From Naegleria gruberi (lineage: Eukaryota), in NCBI GenBank assembly GCA_000004985.1, contig GG738873.1: 64,000 nucleotides of DNA; one strand, 5' to 3'. Under the pieces are notes generated by a model that saw only the letters and a list, made by a program, of their open reading frames with translations, searched no databases and was not told the DNA's origin. Below, one piece after another: positions 10,834 through 22,100 of this stretch (the stretch's first letter is position 1; the number at the start of each line of letters is the position of its first letter). A program made the position numbers and the translations under genes.

Positions 10834-11261
10834 CATATGTTCTAAAATCCTTCCACTATTTTGCTATTCCCTATCTAATGAGCCATTCCACCACAAGTTT
10901 TTTTAATTTGTAATCTTGTACAACACAACTGAAAGAGAGAAATTAATTTTTGATATTACGGCCAATATAATTTGTTACAATTTTGAGTAAATAATAATAA
11001 CCAATTTTCATAATCGTTGAATCTAATCTCCTTCGTGCATGAGACTGGTATCATAGTCCAATAGATTTCCTTCAGTTGATGAAATTCAACAAGTCAACAA
11101 TACAAAATTGTCTCCCATCACATAACTCTTGACAGTTAATCACAATCAAAAAAAATTCAGAAACAAAAAGTTCCGTTCACACAAAAACCATCAGGGTCAA
11201 CAGCTTTAAACAAACTTTCACCCGTTCATATACGAAACTCTCTCAACTATCACACAACTAA

Positions 11262-13053
11262 ATGTTCAACTCTGTCGATAAAAGACAAGGCAATCATCTA
11301 TCCGAATTTGATTATGGATACGAAGCCTCCAGTCCAACAAGTCAAACCAATGAACAATCCTACTATACTAATACCAATACTACCACCAATAACAATAACA
11401 ACAACAATAATGGATCGGACGACGAAGGTGGTGATGATACAGTCGACATGACCTTCTCTCAACTCTACGAAATGATGAAGCAACAACCTGTTGAAAACAT
11501 TCCCGCCAATATTTTACAAACCCTCTCAAAAAAAGATTTGGTCTTGTGTGAGTTGAGGCGAGAGGGCATGAATCCACAATTTAAAAGGGATGCTGAATAT
11601 TGGTACAATACATTGAGTGTATTTACTCATCAATCGAATCAAGATGTTATTATGAGTGATTTTTCATTGGCTAGTAATATTACTGAAAAATTTGAATTAA
11701 TTGCTTTGGAAAAGAAGAGAATTGATATTTTGAGAAGAATGTTTATAGTGTTACGTTATGGAGATTTATTATATAGAAAATCAAAGAAAACTAATGATTG
11801 GATGCCTTGGAGTGAATTGAAGGGTTTACCAATTGCTACTGCCATGTCACATGGTTCTAGAATTATTATTCAATTACCTAAATCTGCAATGGCAGCTGAA
11901 AAGAAGGGAATCTTTTCAAAATTAAAGAATACACTTCGACCAAAGGATGAAAGCTCTCACGATCATGGTTTTTGGACTTGGTTATTGTGTGGTGATGAGA
12001 ATGGTAGTTTGGAAATGGTAGTCACTCCAGAAACAACAAATGGAAGTGTAAGTTTTAATATTTCTATCAATAATTTAATAATTATTATGTAAACTACTAC
12101 TATCAATGAAATTTAAATGTCATTTTGATGATATTAATTCACACAATATCACACACTCACTAAATACATATTAATCATTGTGCTAAATACATATTAATCA
12201 TCATATGATGAACATTAATTTTATAATACAATATAATTAGGAAGCTGCAAAGAAAGGATATTTATTATTTAAAAGAACAGCAGCAACTCACAGTTTAGGA
12301 TATTATACAGACGAAATTAAAGATGAAGAATCACCATCTTCACCTGCAGGTGGTAAAAAGAAGAAGGTCAAACAATTGAGAAGAATCACTGCTAACTATA
12401 CCGATCAAAACAATCAAAGGGGAACAATGAAAAAACTCAAGGATATTATTGAAATTAAGGAAAAACTAGGATTGAATACCAGAAATTCCAAACTCCTCGG
12501 AAGCAAGGAAGAAGTTATGCTCAAACACAGACATTGGGGACTCAACGTTTCAATGAGTGGATTTGGTAAAAAACTTCCAGTATTTTTACCTTATAAGGAA
12601 GCTAAAAAAGCAAGAAAAAAAGGACCAAAGAAGGGATCAAAAGTTTCATACACAACAGTTGAACCAACTGGTGAACATTCACATATTTATCTTTACTACA
12701 TGTCACCAGGACCAAAGAGGTATGGTGGCATTATGATTGGTGTTGAAGGTTCTGAACCAGGTAAGAAAGACCAATCTGGAGAACACCACGGCATAACCGC
12801 TGGTTCACCTTTTATTGGTGTGACAGATGGCATGAAGTGGAATAAGATTAAGGATATGGGTATGGAAGAATATCCTGACAAGTATGACTCACTCTTTATT
12901 GACTTGTCATCTGGATGGGAATTTTTGAAAGATAAAGTAAATGAGTGGCGAGATGAAATGGTTTTTGAAACTATTTACATTAAACCAGCTCAAGAAGCCG
13001 AAGAAGAAGCTCAATTCAAGGAACAACAATATATTGAAGATGAGGATGAATAA
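11262..13053 (+). CDS. Conserved hypothetical protein, 2 exons, about 532 aa; poly-Asn/Thr N-terminal region
   Basis: Exon 1 is 11262..12047 and ends ..TTNGS|GTAAGT at phase 0. The intron 12048..12240 is 193 nt and ends at the AG of ..ATAATTAG. Exon 2 is 12241..13053 and begins EAAKKGYLLFKRTAATHSLGYY.. exactly in frame with ORF 12376..13053. An in-frame stop lies immediately upstream of 12241 in the intron. There is a poly-N/T tract (NTNTTTNNNNNNNNGSDDEGGDD) and an acidic C-terminus. No recognisable domain. Confidence 0.6.
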
Positions 13054-13305
13054 ACTATGTAAAATATTTCTGTATTTGTATGATATCTTTATGGTAATTT
13101 AACAACGTTTTCAATTTGGTAAGTTTGAGCGAAATTGCGAAATGCAACATAGGACAAAATTTCGAATAGGATTGCCTTCATGATGGCTTTAACATGTGTT
13201 TATAGGATGTGAAAGGAAACATCGAAATGACCTTATCTGATTCTCTCGCCATAATTCAGTTTCAACCCACACAACAATCTGGCTTCAAAAAAAATATACG
13301 AAACT

Positions 13306-14094
13306 ATGCCTCCCACCAATTCTCAAACAAAACCAAATCAAACTTCAAATACGTCTACGAAAGCAATAAAGAAAACAAAGAAGAAGAAACATGAGTTTGT
13401 AAATATCATGTTCTTTGATAACCAGATTACATCAGAATGCTTTGAGAATCATAAGGCGGGAAACTTGTTTCATTGGAAAGTGCAACAACCTACACATGCA
13501 TCATCTTCAACACAGCATGGAGTTTCTTCTACAATTGGTGCTTCAACTCCAACTTCGGTTGTTTCTTCATCATTATCATCAAACTCAGCTACCAGTAGCA
13601 GATTTTTGCCAACACATGTACTTTCGAATAGTAGTGGAAGTTCATCTTCTTCGGCAAGTGAATCAGACAATACAATATTACATGATGCATTACCAACAAG
13701 TCATAGCACTCTGCATGCTAGTAATAGTAGTATTAGTAGTGTAAATAGTTCGAATAGTTCTCAAAGCCACAGATTATTAGAAACCAACCAAAAAATTCAA
13801 GATTACACTCCCATATTTATTAAACCTCCAAATATGTTGGATTCGTTAGCCACATCCACAACAGAAACGCACCCCTCGCTGTATCAAATAATGGAAAAAC
13901 AACATGTTGAAAGAGAGAAATCCGAAACGAGACAAGATTATTCTTCCAATTTAGTAATCAGAAACGAAACCTCAATAACATTAATGGGTTCAATTCCTCC
14001 TTCTCCTCAACAACAGCATACCGGCCATGCTGTTGGTGTTGAGAAAAGGAAGGTGAGAAGTAGCATATCTATCAGAGAATTGCTTAATGATTAG
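13306..14094 (+). CDS. Ser/Thr/Asn-rich low-complexity protein, 262 aa, unknown function
   Basis: ORF from ATG 13306. It has long Ser/Thr tracts, is basic near the N-terminus (KKTKKKKHEF) and has no recognisable domain. Confidence 0.4.
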   Translation: MPPTNSQTKPNQTSNTSTKAIKKTKKKKHEFVNIMFFDNQITSECFENHKAGNLFHWKVQQPTHASSSTQHGVSSTIGASTPTSVVSSSLSSNSATSSRFLPTHVLSNSSGSSSSSASESDNTILHDALPTSHSTLHASNSSISSVNSSNSSQSHRLLETNQKIQDYTPIFIKPPNMLDSLATSTTETHPSLYQIMEKQHVEREKSETRQDYSSNLVIRNETSITLMGSIPPSPQQQHTGHAVGVEKRKVRSSISIRELLND

Positions 14095-15002
14095 GATAAC
14101 AAAAAGAAGGAGCGGATTATCAGTTCAAATGAGTTGGAGCACATTTTGTTTGCTTTTTGTGGTTCAAATTGGAAGATTACAGTAGCATGCATGCAACTTC
14201 TTCTTCAATGTAAAATTTCAAATAACAAATAAGGAAGTACATGCATTTATACAAAAATTTTTTTTTTCAAAGGAAACGAAAATTTTACAAACCATCAACT
14301 TGATTGAATAGCTATACATCATTAAGATTATCAAATATCAATCAAATTACCAACAAAATTCATTCAAAAATTCACCAATCACACACAAACTTTACTAATA
14401 GAAAATTACATTACAAAAAATATGAGAAACACATTCACTTTTTTATCCGTTCTAAAGATGGAACATTAGAGTATTTAATAAACTCCTGAAATTAAACTCC
14501 CATCTCACAAATTAACATCTGAGAGTTTTATTTGAAATTAAGGTAATTGAGCGAGTTGGAATTTTGTGAAGGAAGGTGTACTGAATTTTAGAAGAGTAGT
14601 AATGGTCCAATTTTCCCACTCAAGGTTTAAAAACTATTGTTTTCAATACATTTTTTAATTCTTTTATCAATTTTTTACAATTTCCAATTAGAAAACATGT
14701 TTTCTTCCAATTGAGTTCCAAGTAGAAACCATTTGGAAATCTAATAGCGCTTAAAAAATTCGCAATTTAAAAAAAAATTGAATGAAGCAACGGCCATCTT
14801 TTTAAATTTTTATCATCACGTAGAATTTATTTGATTTTTTAAAACATAACCTTCTTTGAATGCTGCTGTTTTCCTCTTCTTGTAGAGAACAAATAATTTA
14901 ATAGTAGTAGTATCTTCCGCCACTTTTGTAGTGGAGATTGAATCATCCGAATCTTCATCATCACACAATATATATAATTTCATCTTGTTAATAATAACAA
15001 TA

Positions 15003-16013
15003 ATGGAGGTGGTTAATAATTCAATACCTTTGAATATTGATCAGTATTCACCTCCGCCACCAAATATCATTGTGAATAATCATCTAAATCATCATCATTC
15101 ACAACAACAACATTCTAATAATAATGGTCAACAAGAAATGATGGAAGTTGATAGAGTTTTCATGATGATGAATAATAATAATAACAATAATTTTGTACAA
15201 AATCCATCCACCTCTCCTCCACAACAAACTCCTCCCAATCATCCTGGAATTAATAATTATTATTATTATATGCCTAATCCCTATAATCATTCCGAGTCAG
15301 CTACCAATAATGGTGTTTTTGCTTATCAACCTGTTTTTGTAACCATTCCAAGTCATCATTTGATACCTTCTCCTTCCAATACTAATATTCCACAACCACA
15401 ACCACAACAGAATGTAGGATCAATACCCAATAACTTATCCAAATCAATATCATTTGATAGTGATCCATTGTCAGCGAGTAACCACATGAATCATTTCAAA
15501 CAGAAATTCTCAAATGAAGTTTACATTGATGAATACTCTCTACCTCATTATGCACAACAAAATCCCAGTGATCAATATTATTCCTATTCACAATTTTCAG
15601 ATCCAAGATTATGGATAAAACCATCCAACTCATTCTTTACATATCCACTAGTAATGAGCTTTTTCAATTTAATATTATTAGGTCTTGGACATACCTTAAT
15701 TGGACAAGATAGAAAAGGAGTTAGTTACATGTTAGTGACAATGATAATCTTTTTTTTATGTATTGTGTTCTTTGGAATTCTGGCTCTTCCATTTTATTGG
15801 CTGTGGGCATTAATGGTAATTATGGACGGATATAAACTGTCTAAACGTTTAAGGGAAGGGATTCCAATCCACCAGTCAGAATGTACTAACAAGTGGGCAA
15901 CTAGAGGTATTAGTCAATTTGTAGGTGCTGATTTAACACTATTCAATAATAATAATCCTCGAGAGTGTTCACAGGAATGGTTAGATATGATCAATCATTT
16001 AACAACGATATAA
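15003..16013 (+). CDS. Low-complexity (Asn/Pro/Gln-rich) protein with two C-terminal TM helices, about 336 aa, unknown function
   Basis: ORF 14931..16013. The first in-frame ATG is at 15003 (MEVVNNSIPLNID..). Poly-Asn and Pro/Gln-rich regions are present. The C-terminal hydrophobic helices are FFTYPLVMSFFNLILLGLGHTLIG and MLVTMIIFFLCIVFFGILALPFYWLWALMVIM. Confidence 0.45.
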   Translation: MEVVNNSIPLNIDQYSPPPPNIIVNNHLNHHHSQQQHSNNNGQQEMMEVDRVFMMMNNNNNNNFVQNPSTSPPQQTPPNHPGINNYYYYMPNPYNHSESATNNGVFAYQPVFVTIPSHHLIPSPSNTNIPQPQPQQNVGSIPNNLSKSISFDSDPLSASNHMNHFKQKFSNEVYIDEYSLPHYAQQNPSDQYYSYSQFSDPRLWIKPSNSFFTYPLVMSFFNLILLGLGHTLIGQDRKGVSYMLVTMIIFFLCIVFFGILALPFYWLWALMVIMDGYKLSKRLREGIPIHQSECTNKWATRGISQFVGADLTLFNNNNPRECSQEWLDMINHLTTI

Positions 16014-16113
16014 AAGCAAAATTGTTTTATCAAAATTCTCCACTCTCTAATTGTTCAACAGGAAAGATAATTCTCTCTAAATAATAATACAAGTAATAAT
16101 GTGACAAAATAAG

Positions 16114-16740
16114 TTAGTCCATTATTTGATCTCCATCATAAAGTGGACGATACTTGTGCACTTGGCTATTCTTTCTTGTCACTACAATCCTCAAAATTCC
16201 ACACACAAATAAAGGTACACAACAACAAATTAACAAGGTACAAGCAACACCAACAAAACTCGAATAGTATAGCACTGAAAATTTGTACGTTTTCAATGCT
16301 GCTTGATCATCCTTTGGTTGTGTCGTGTTTAGCACACTGTCTAATTTACTGCCATATCCTCCTATTAAACAAGTCATGGCCATCAATGAGAGTAGTATTG
16401 AAAATGTCCACACATAGGCACAAATAGAAAAGTAACGTGTAGAATTTAATGAAGCTGTACAATCCACTACTGATACCATTCCAACAATACTCATCATTAG
16501 AAAGAATGACACGGCAACAAACTCAAAAACTAGCAACATGGTACCATACTGTTTGTCATTCAATTCTAATAATGTCTTTCCTTCCACAATTAAAACTATC
16601 AACGAAATCAAATATCCTAGAGAAGATAAAAACACAATCAAACAACCAACAAGCGTGCATAGTATGGATAGTGTTGTTGCTTTGTGTTTTGTGTTAATGC
16701 TACTTGTCGGAACGTTGAGCATTTTTTTAATGGTTATCAT
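16114..16740 (-). CDS. Four-pass small membrane protein, 208 aa (tetraspan-like topology, no CCG motif)
   Basis: ORF from ATG 16740. There are four predicted TM helices: LSILCTLVGCLIVFLSSLGYLISLIVLIV, MLLVFEFVAVSFFLMMSIVGMV, VWTFSILLSLMAMTCLIGGY and YSSFVGVACTLLICCCVPLFVCGIL. Confidence 0.5.
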   Translation of the reverse strand: MITIKKMLNVPTSSINTKHKATTLSILCTLVGCLIVFLSSLGYLISLIVLIVEGKTLLELNDKQYGTMLLVFEFVAVSFFLMMSIVGMVSVVDCTASLNSTRYFSICAYVWTFSILLSLMAMTCLIGGYGSKLDSVLNTTQPKDDQAALKTYKFSVLYYSSFVGVACTLLICCCVPLFVCGILRIVVTRKNSQVHKYRPLYDGDQIMD

Positions 16741-16787
16741 TTAACATTTGACATTGATTGAAATAAATGATATTTATTTAATAAAAA

Positions 16788-17535
16788 TTAATTCCATACA
16801 GCATAACTATTAACCATAACATTAGGATCTGCATCATCATCATCAAATTCTGGCATAACATTTGTTGTTGTTGCTGTAGATGAGGACATTTGATCATCAG
16901 AAGAATTCATCTTATCAAACAAGTCATTCATTGCATCTTGTAAATCATCTCTGTTGTGGGCATAATCATAAACAGAATACTTGCTACTTCTCATCTTCTT
17001 TCTTCTGTAATACCAAATACCAGCAACAACGAATACCAATACTGTAACTATTAAAATAATTGCAACTGCACCAGAAATTGCTCCAGCAAGAATGGTTGTA
17101 ATATTGGAGGATTCCATGTTAGGTAATAAAGTGGCATGGGCAACACACTTTTGAACTTTACAAGCAGCCACAATATTGTACAAATCTGTTTCAATGTTAA
17201 TGGTTGGCTTATTTAGAATTTGAGTACAAGTTACACTACTTTCCAACCTTAATGTGTAATTATGAGAGAACTTTTCAATAAATTGAGGGTAAGTGATTGG
17301 GAGAATAAAAGAGTTAGAATTACAAATGGCATCTCCATTGCTGTCCTTGATTGTGTAAGAGAGAGTGGCTTTCCAATCCTTATAATCTTGAGAGGACCAT
17401 TCAGAATAATCTAATTGAGAGAAACTGTGTGTAACCTTCATATCTAACTTCATATTTTCACCTTCTTTAAAGTCACAACGAGTAGATATATTTTTGGTTT
17501 CAAATGAATGTACCCAAGTTACTTCAGAATAAAGA
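16788..17535 (-). CDS. 3' fragment (about 249 codons) of a type-I membrane protein, very probably the C-terminus of the giant EGF/LamG gene interrupted by the scaffold gap. It holds an extracellular Cys-containing segment, a TM helix and an 85-aa cytoplasmic tail.
   Basis: The reading frame of ORF 16788..17453 stays open upstream all the way into the N run (..LYSEVTWVHSFETKNISTRCDFKEGENMKLD..). The internal ATG chosen by the ORF track is therefore not the start. The TM helix is ILAGAISGAVAIILIVTVLVFVVAGIWYY, followed by RRKK and an acidic tail. It shares strand and orientation with the giant ORF on the other side of the gap. Confidence 0.55.
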
Positions 17536-19157
17536 NNNNNNNNNNNNNNNNNNNNNNNNNNNNNNNNNNNNNNNNNNNNNNNNNNNNNNNNNNNNNNNNN
17601 NNNNNNNNNNNNNNNNNNNNNNNNNNNNNNNNNNNNNNNNNNNNNNNNNNNNNNNNNNNNNNNNNNNNNNNNNNNNNNNNNNNNNNNNNNNNNNNNNNNN
17701 NNNNNNNNNNNNNNNNNNNNNNNNNNNNNNNNNNNNNNNNNNNNNNNNNNNNNNNNNNNNNNNNNNNNNNNNNNNNNNNNNNNNNNNNNNNNNNNNNNNN
17801 NNNNNNNNNNNNNNNNNNNNNNNNNNNNNNNNNNNNNNNNNNNNNNNNNNNNNNNNNNNNNNNNNNNNNNNNNNNNNNNNNNNNNNNNNNNNNNNNNNNN
17901 NNNNNNNNNNNNNNNNNNNNNNNNNNNNNNNNNNNNNNNNNNNNNNNNNNNNNNNNNNNNNNNNNNNNNNNNNNNNNNNNNNNNNNNNNNNNNNNNNNNN
18001 NNNNNNNNNNNNNNNNNNNNNNNNNNNNNNNNNNNNNNNNNNNNNNNNNNNNNNNNNNNNNNNNNNNNNNNNNNNNNNNNNNNNNNNNNNNNNNNNNNNN
18101 NNNNNNNNNNNNNNNNNNNNNNNNNNNNNNNNNNNNNNNNNNNNNNNNNNNNNNNNNNNNNNNNNNNNNNNNNNNNNNNNNNNNNNNNNNNNNNNNNNNN
18201 NNNNNNNNNNNNNNNNNNNNNNNNNNNNNNNNNNNNNNNNNNNNNNNNNNNNNNNNNNNNNNNNNNNNNNNNNNNNNNNNNNNNNNNNNNNNNNNNNNNN
18301 NNNNNNNNNNNNNNNNNNNNNNNNNNNNNNNNNNNNNNNNNNNNNNNNNNNNNNNNNNNNNNNNNNNNNNNNNNNNNNNNNNNNNNNNNNNNNNNNNNNN
18401 NNNNNNNNNNNNNNNNNNNNNNNNNNNNNNNNNNNNNNNNNNNNNNNNNNNNNNNNNNNNNNNNNNNNNNNNNNNNNNNNNNNNNNNNNNNNNNNNNNNN
18501 NNNNNNNNNNNNNNNNNNNNNNNNNNNNNNNNNNNNNNNNNNNNNNNNNNNNNNNNNNNNNNNNNNNNNNNNNNNNNNNNNNNNNNNNNNNNNNNNNNNN
18601 NNNNNNNNNNNNNNNNNNNNNNNNNNNNNNNNNNNNNNNNNNNNNNNNNNNNNNNNNNNNNNNNNNNNNNNNNNNNNNNNNNNNNNNNNNNNNNNNNNNN
18701 NNNNNNNNNNNNNNNNNNNNNNNNNNNNNNNNNNNNNNNNNNNNNNNNNNNNNNNNNNNNNNNNNNNNNNNNNNNNNNNNNNNNNNNNNNNNNNNNNNNN
18801 NNNNNNNNNNNNNNNNNNNNNNNNNNNNNNNNNNNNNNNNNNNNNNNNNNNNNNNNNNNNNNNNNNNNNNNNNNNNNNNNNNNNNNNNNNNNNNNNNNNN
18901 NNNNNNNNNNNNNNNNNNNNNNNNNNNNNNNNNNNNNNNNNNNNNNNNNNNNNNNNNNNNNNNNNNNNNNNNNNNNNNNNNNNNNNNNNNNNNNNNNNNN
19001 NNNNNNNNNNNNNNNNNNNNNNNNNNNNNNNNNNNNNNNNNNNNNNNNNNNNNNNNNNNNNNNNNNNNNNNNNNNNNNNNNNNNNNNNNNNNNNNNNNNN
19101 NNNNNNNNNNNNNNNNNNNNNNNNNNNNNNNNNNNNNNNNNNNNNNNNNNNNNNNNN
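17536..19157. other. Assembly gap (1,622 N) inside the giant gene
   Basis: Uninterrupted run of n. Flanking sequence on both sides is coding in the minus orientation. Confidence 0.95.
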
Positions 19158-22100
19158 TTTCTTTTGGTAAATCCAATGTTTGATGCAGTCTTCTTGATTA
19201 CATTCAACTTGATGAATGTATTCTTAACTGTATTCACAAGGTAAATAATATCGTCAACTTTAACAATACTGATCTTGTCAGAGTATTCGGAAAATTGAGA
19301 AATACTTGATGGGTAATTAGCAATTTGTTCAAACTTCATAGAATCTGTCCATAGATTGGTTTTGGAATCTTGTTGAGTAACATTTGCAATAAAGATCTTT
19401 GTTCCTTGATCAGTAATGGTGGCAATCAATATCTTGATACCTGAGGCTTCAGTAGCAGAGATTAGCGCTCTAGCGTTAGAAACTGCGTCCTTGTTTGGGA
19501 ATTCAACAGTTGATATGATTCTAACTCTAGCATCGAAGAAAATAAGGGTTGGTGTTAAGGTATATCTATTACTAGCTGTAAAGACAATTGAAGTAGTATT
19601 ATCAACAACAATATTCAAATCCTTAACTGTTTCTCTGTTGAATGTATGATTGTACAATCGTTTGTTGTCGTATAGGGTTGTCTTGATAATACTGTTTCCT
19701 GAGATATCTCTAGCAGATAAGGATTCATAGAATTCAATAGTAGTAACTGTAAAATTATTTGTGTTAATGGTAATACCATACAAAACAGAGTCCATAATAA
19801 AGATCTTATCAATTTGGTCTGCTTCAGTAAGGCTTGAAAGGTATTTCCAGTTTGAAATTGAGTCAACAATATCCATTTGTGTATAAATTAAAACTGAGAA
19901 ATCATCATAATTAATTACTGTAAAGTAATAAGTCCCATCAAATATTGTTGGAGTAGTAGATTTGATAGGAGATGAAGGTAAACCCAACTCGGAAAGTTTT
20001 TGGGAAGATATGACCACCAAATTACTGCATGCTACATCCATTACAATAATGTCAACCGATTTGGAAGTAACTGAAACAGAATTGACTGTAATATTGGAGC
20101 AAGACTTACTGCTGTCAAAATATTCACAATTCTTGCCGGTAAATTCTTGCTCACAAGAGCAAACATTAGGGAAAACACATACACCATGAGTGCTACAAGC
20201 ATCAGCCAAAGTCTTGTTAAAGCAAACAGGAATGGAACAATTTTCTCCTCTATAATCAGGCCTGCAAACACAAACATCTTGTGAGATACAAGTACCGTGA
20301 GCCGAGCAATTATTTCTATTGGCACAATCAAAGTATGAAGTAATGTTACATTCAATACCCTCGAATCCATAGTCACAAGTGCAATTGTTTGGAGCAGCAC
20401 AATATCCTCTATTACAAGCGTCCTTACCATACTTTTCGTAACAAATAACATACTGACATTCTTCTCCAGTATAACCTTCAGAGCATTTGCAATTATTGTT
20501 AGAAATACAAGCACCCCTGCCACTGCAAACTTGGCTATTATTGACAGATAAACCATAACAAGTATACCAATTACATGTATCAAAATCGTTACAAGTACCC
20601 TTCTTGGCACATACGTTTGGATCAGTGGCTGGTAGTCCATAACAAACCGGTGTAGAACAATTGGTTCCGATATAACCATTGCATTTACAATTGTCTGGAT
20701 AGGTACAATTTCCGTGTCCATTACAAACATTGGTTTCATTAGCTGGAATGTTATAACAAATAGTAAATTCACATTTTGGACCTGTAAAACCTTCACTGCA
20801 TTGACAGGTATCTGGCAAAGAACAAATACCACGACCAGTACAAACATTTTGAGAGTCTGAAGCATTAAAACCATAACAAATTGGAATGGAACAATCTTTT
20901 CCAACATAAGTTGAAATGCATAAGCATAAATCTGTATCGTTACAAATACCATGCCCATAACAAACAGTTGAATCATTTGAAAGAATGTCGAAACAATTTG
21001 AAACTTCACAAGCTGAACCAATGTATCCATTTGAACAAGTGCAATGGTTTGCATAATCACAGGAACCGCGATTGGAACAATCAGTAATATTGTTGACAAT
21101 ACAAGTCCAGTTTTGACAATTATTTCCAAAGTAGTTTGTTTCACATTCACAAGTATTATTGCCAATACATTTTCCTCTGGAGCTACAAACATCTGTTTCA
21201 TTACTTTCCACACCAAAGCAATGGTAGTATTCACAAACATCTGGTGCAATACATTTTCCAATTCTTCCACAAACAGTACTTGTATTAGATACCACACCAT
21301 AACAATTGGTAAGGGAACAGTCTGGAGCAAAGTACCCAACCTCGCATGTACAATTATTAGGTGAACCACAAATACCTCTTCCACTGCAAACTTCTGTTTG
21401 GGTGGAATCAAAGCCAAAGCAAATAGGAAGGGAGCAGCTTTCTCCATCATAAATAGGATCGCAAACACAAGTATCCTTATCCACACATAAACCATGTCCA
21501 GAACAAACATTTGAATCATTTGAAAGAATGTTGAAACAAATGGAAACTTCACAAGCATTACCGACATGTCCTTCTTCACAAACACAGTGATTTGCATAAT
21601 CACAGGAACCGCGATTGGAACAATCAGTAATATTGTTGACAATACAAGTCCAGTTTTGACAATTATTTCCAAAGTAGTTTGTTTCACATTCACAAGTATT
21701 ATTGCCAATACATTTTCCTCTGGAGCTACAAACATCTGTTTCATTACTTTCCACACCAAAGCAATGGTAGTATTCACAAACATCTGGTGCAATACATTCA
21801 CCAATTCTTCCACAAACATCTGGGTGAGTCAAACGTAATCCACCACAAGTTATAATTGAACAATCGACACCATCGGTATTGTTGTTACAAATGCAGGTAT
21901 CAGGAGCAACACAAACACCCTTAGAGCTGCAAACTCGTATGTCTGAAGAATTGAGACCAAAACACATAGGAATAGAACACACACTTCCAGTGAATGTGGA
22001 ATTGCAGCTACAGGTGTCATGAGAAATACATTCACCATTGTTGCTACAAACACCAGATTGGTTGGATAACAAACCATAACAAATTGGAACTTCGCAGTTA

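Noticed and set aside
17504-19244. Long ORFs 17504..19183, 17508..19244 and 17524..19176 consisting almost entirely of X
   Set aside because: They are translations of the N gap and not genes.
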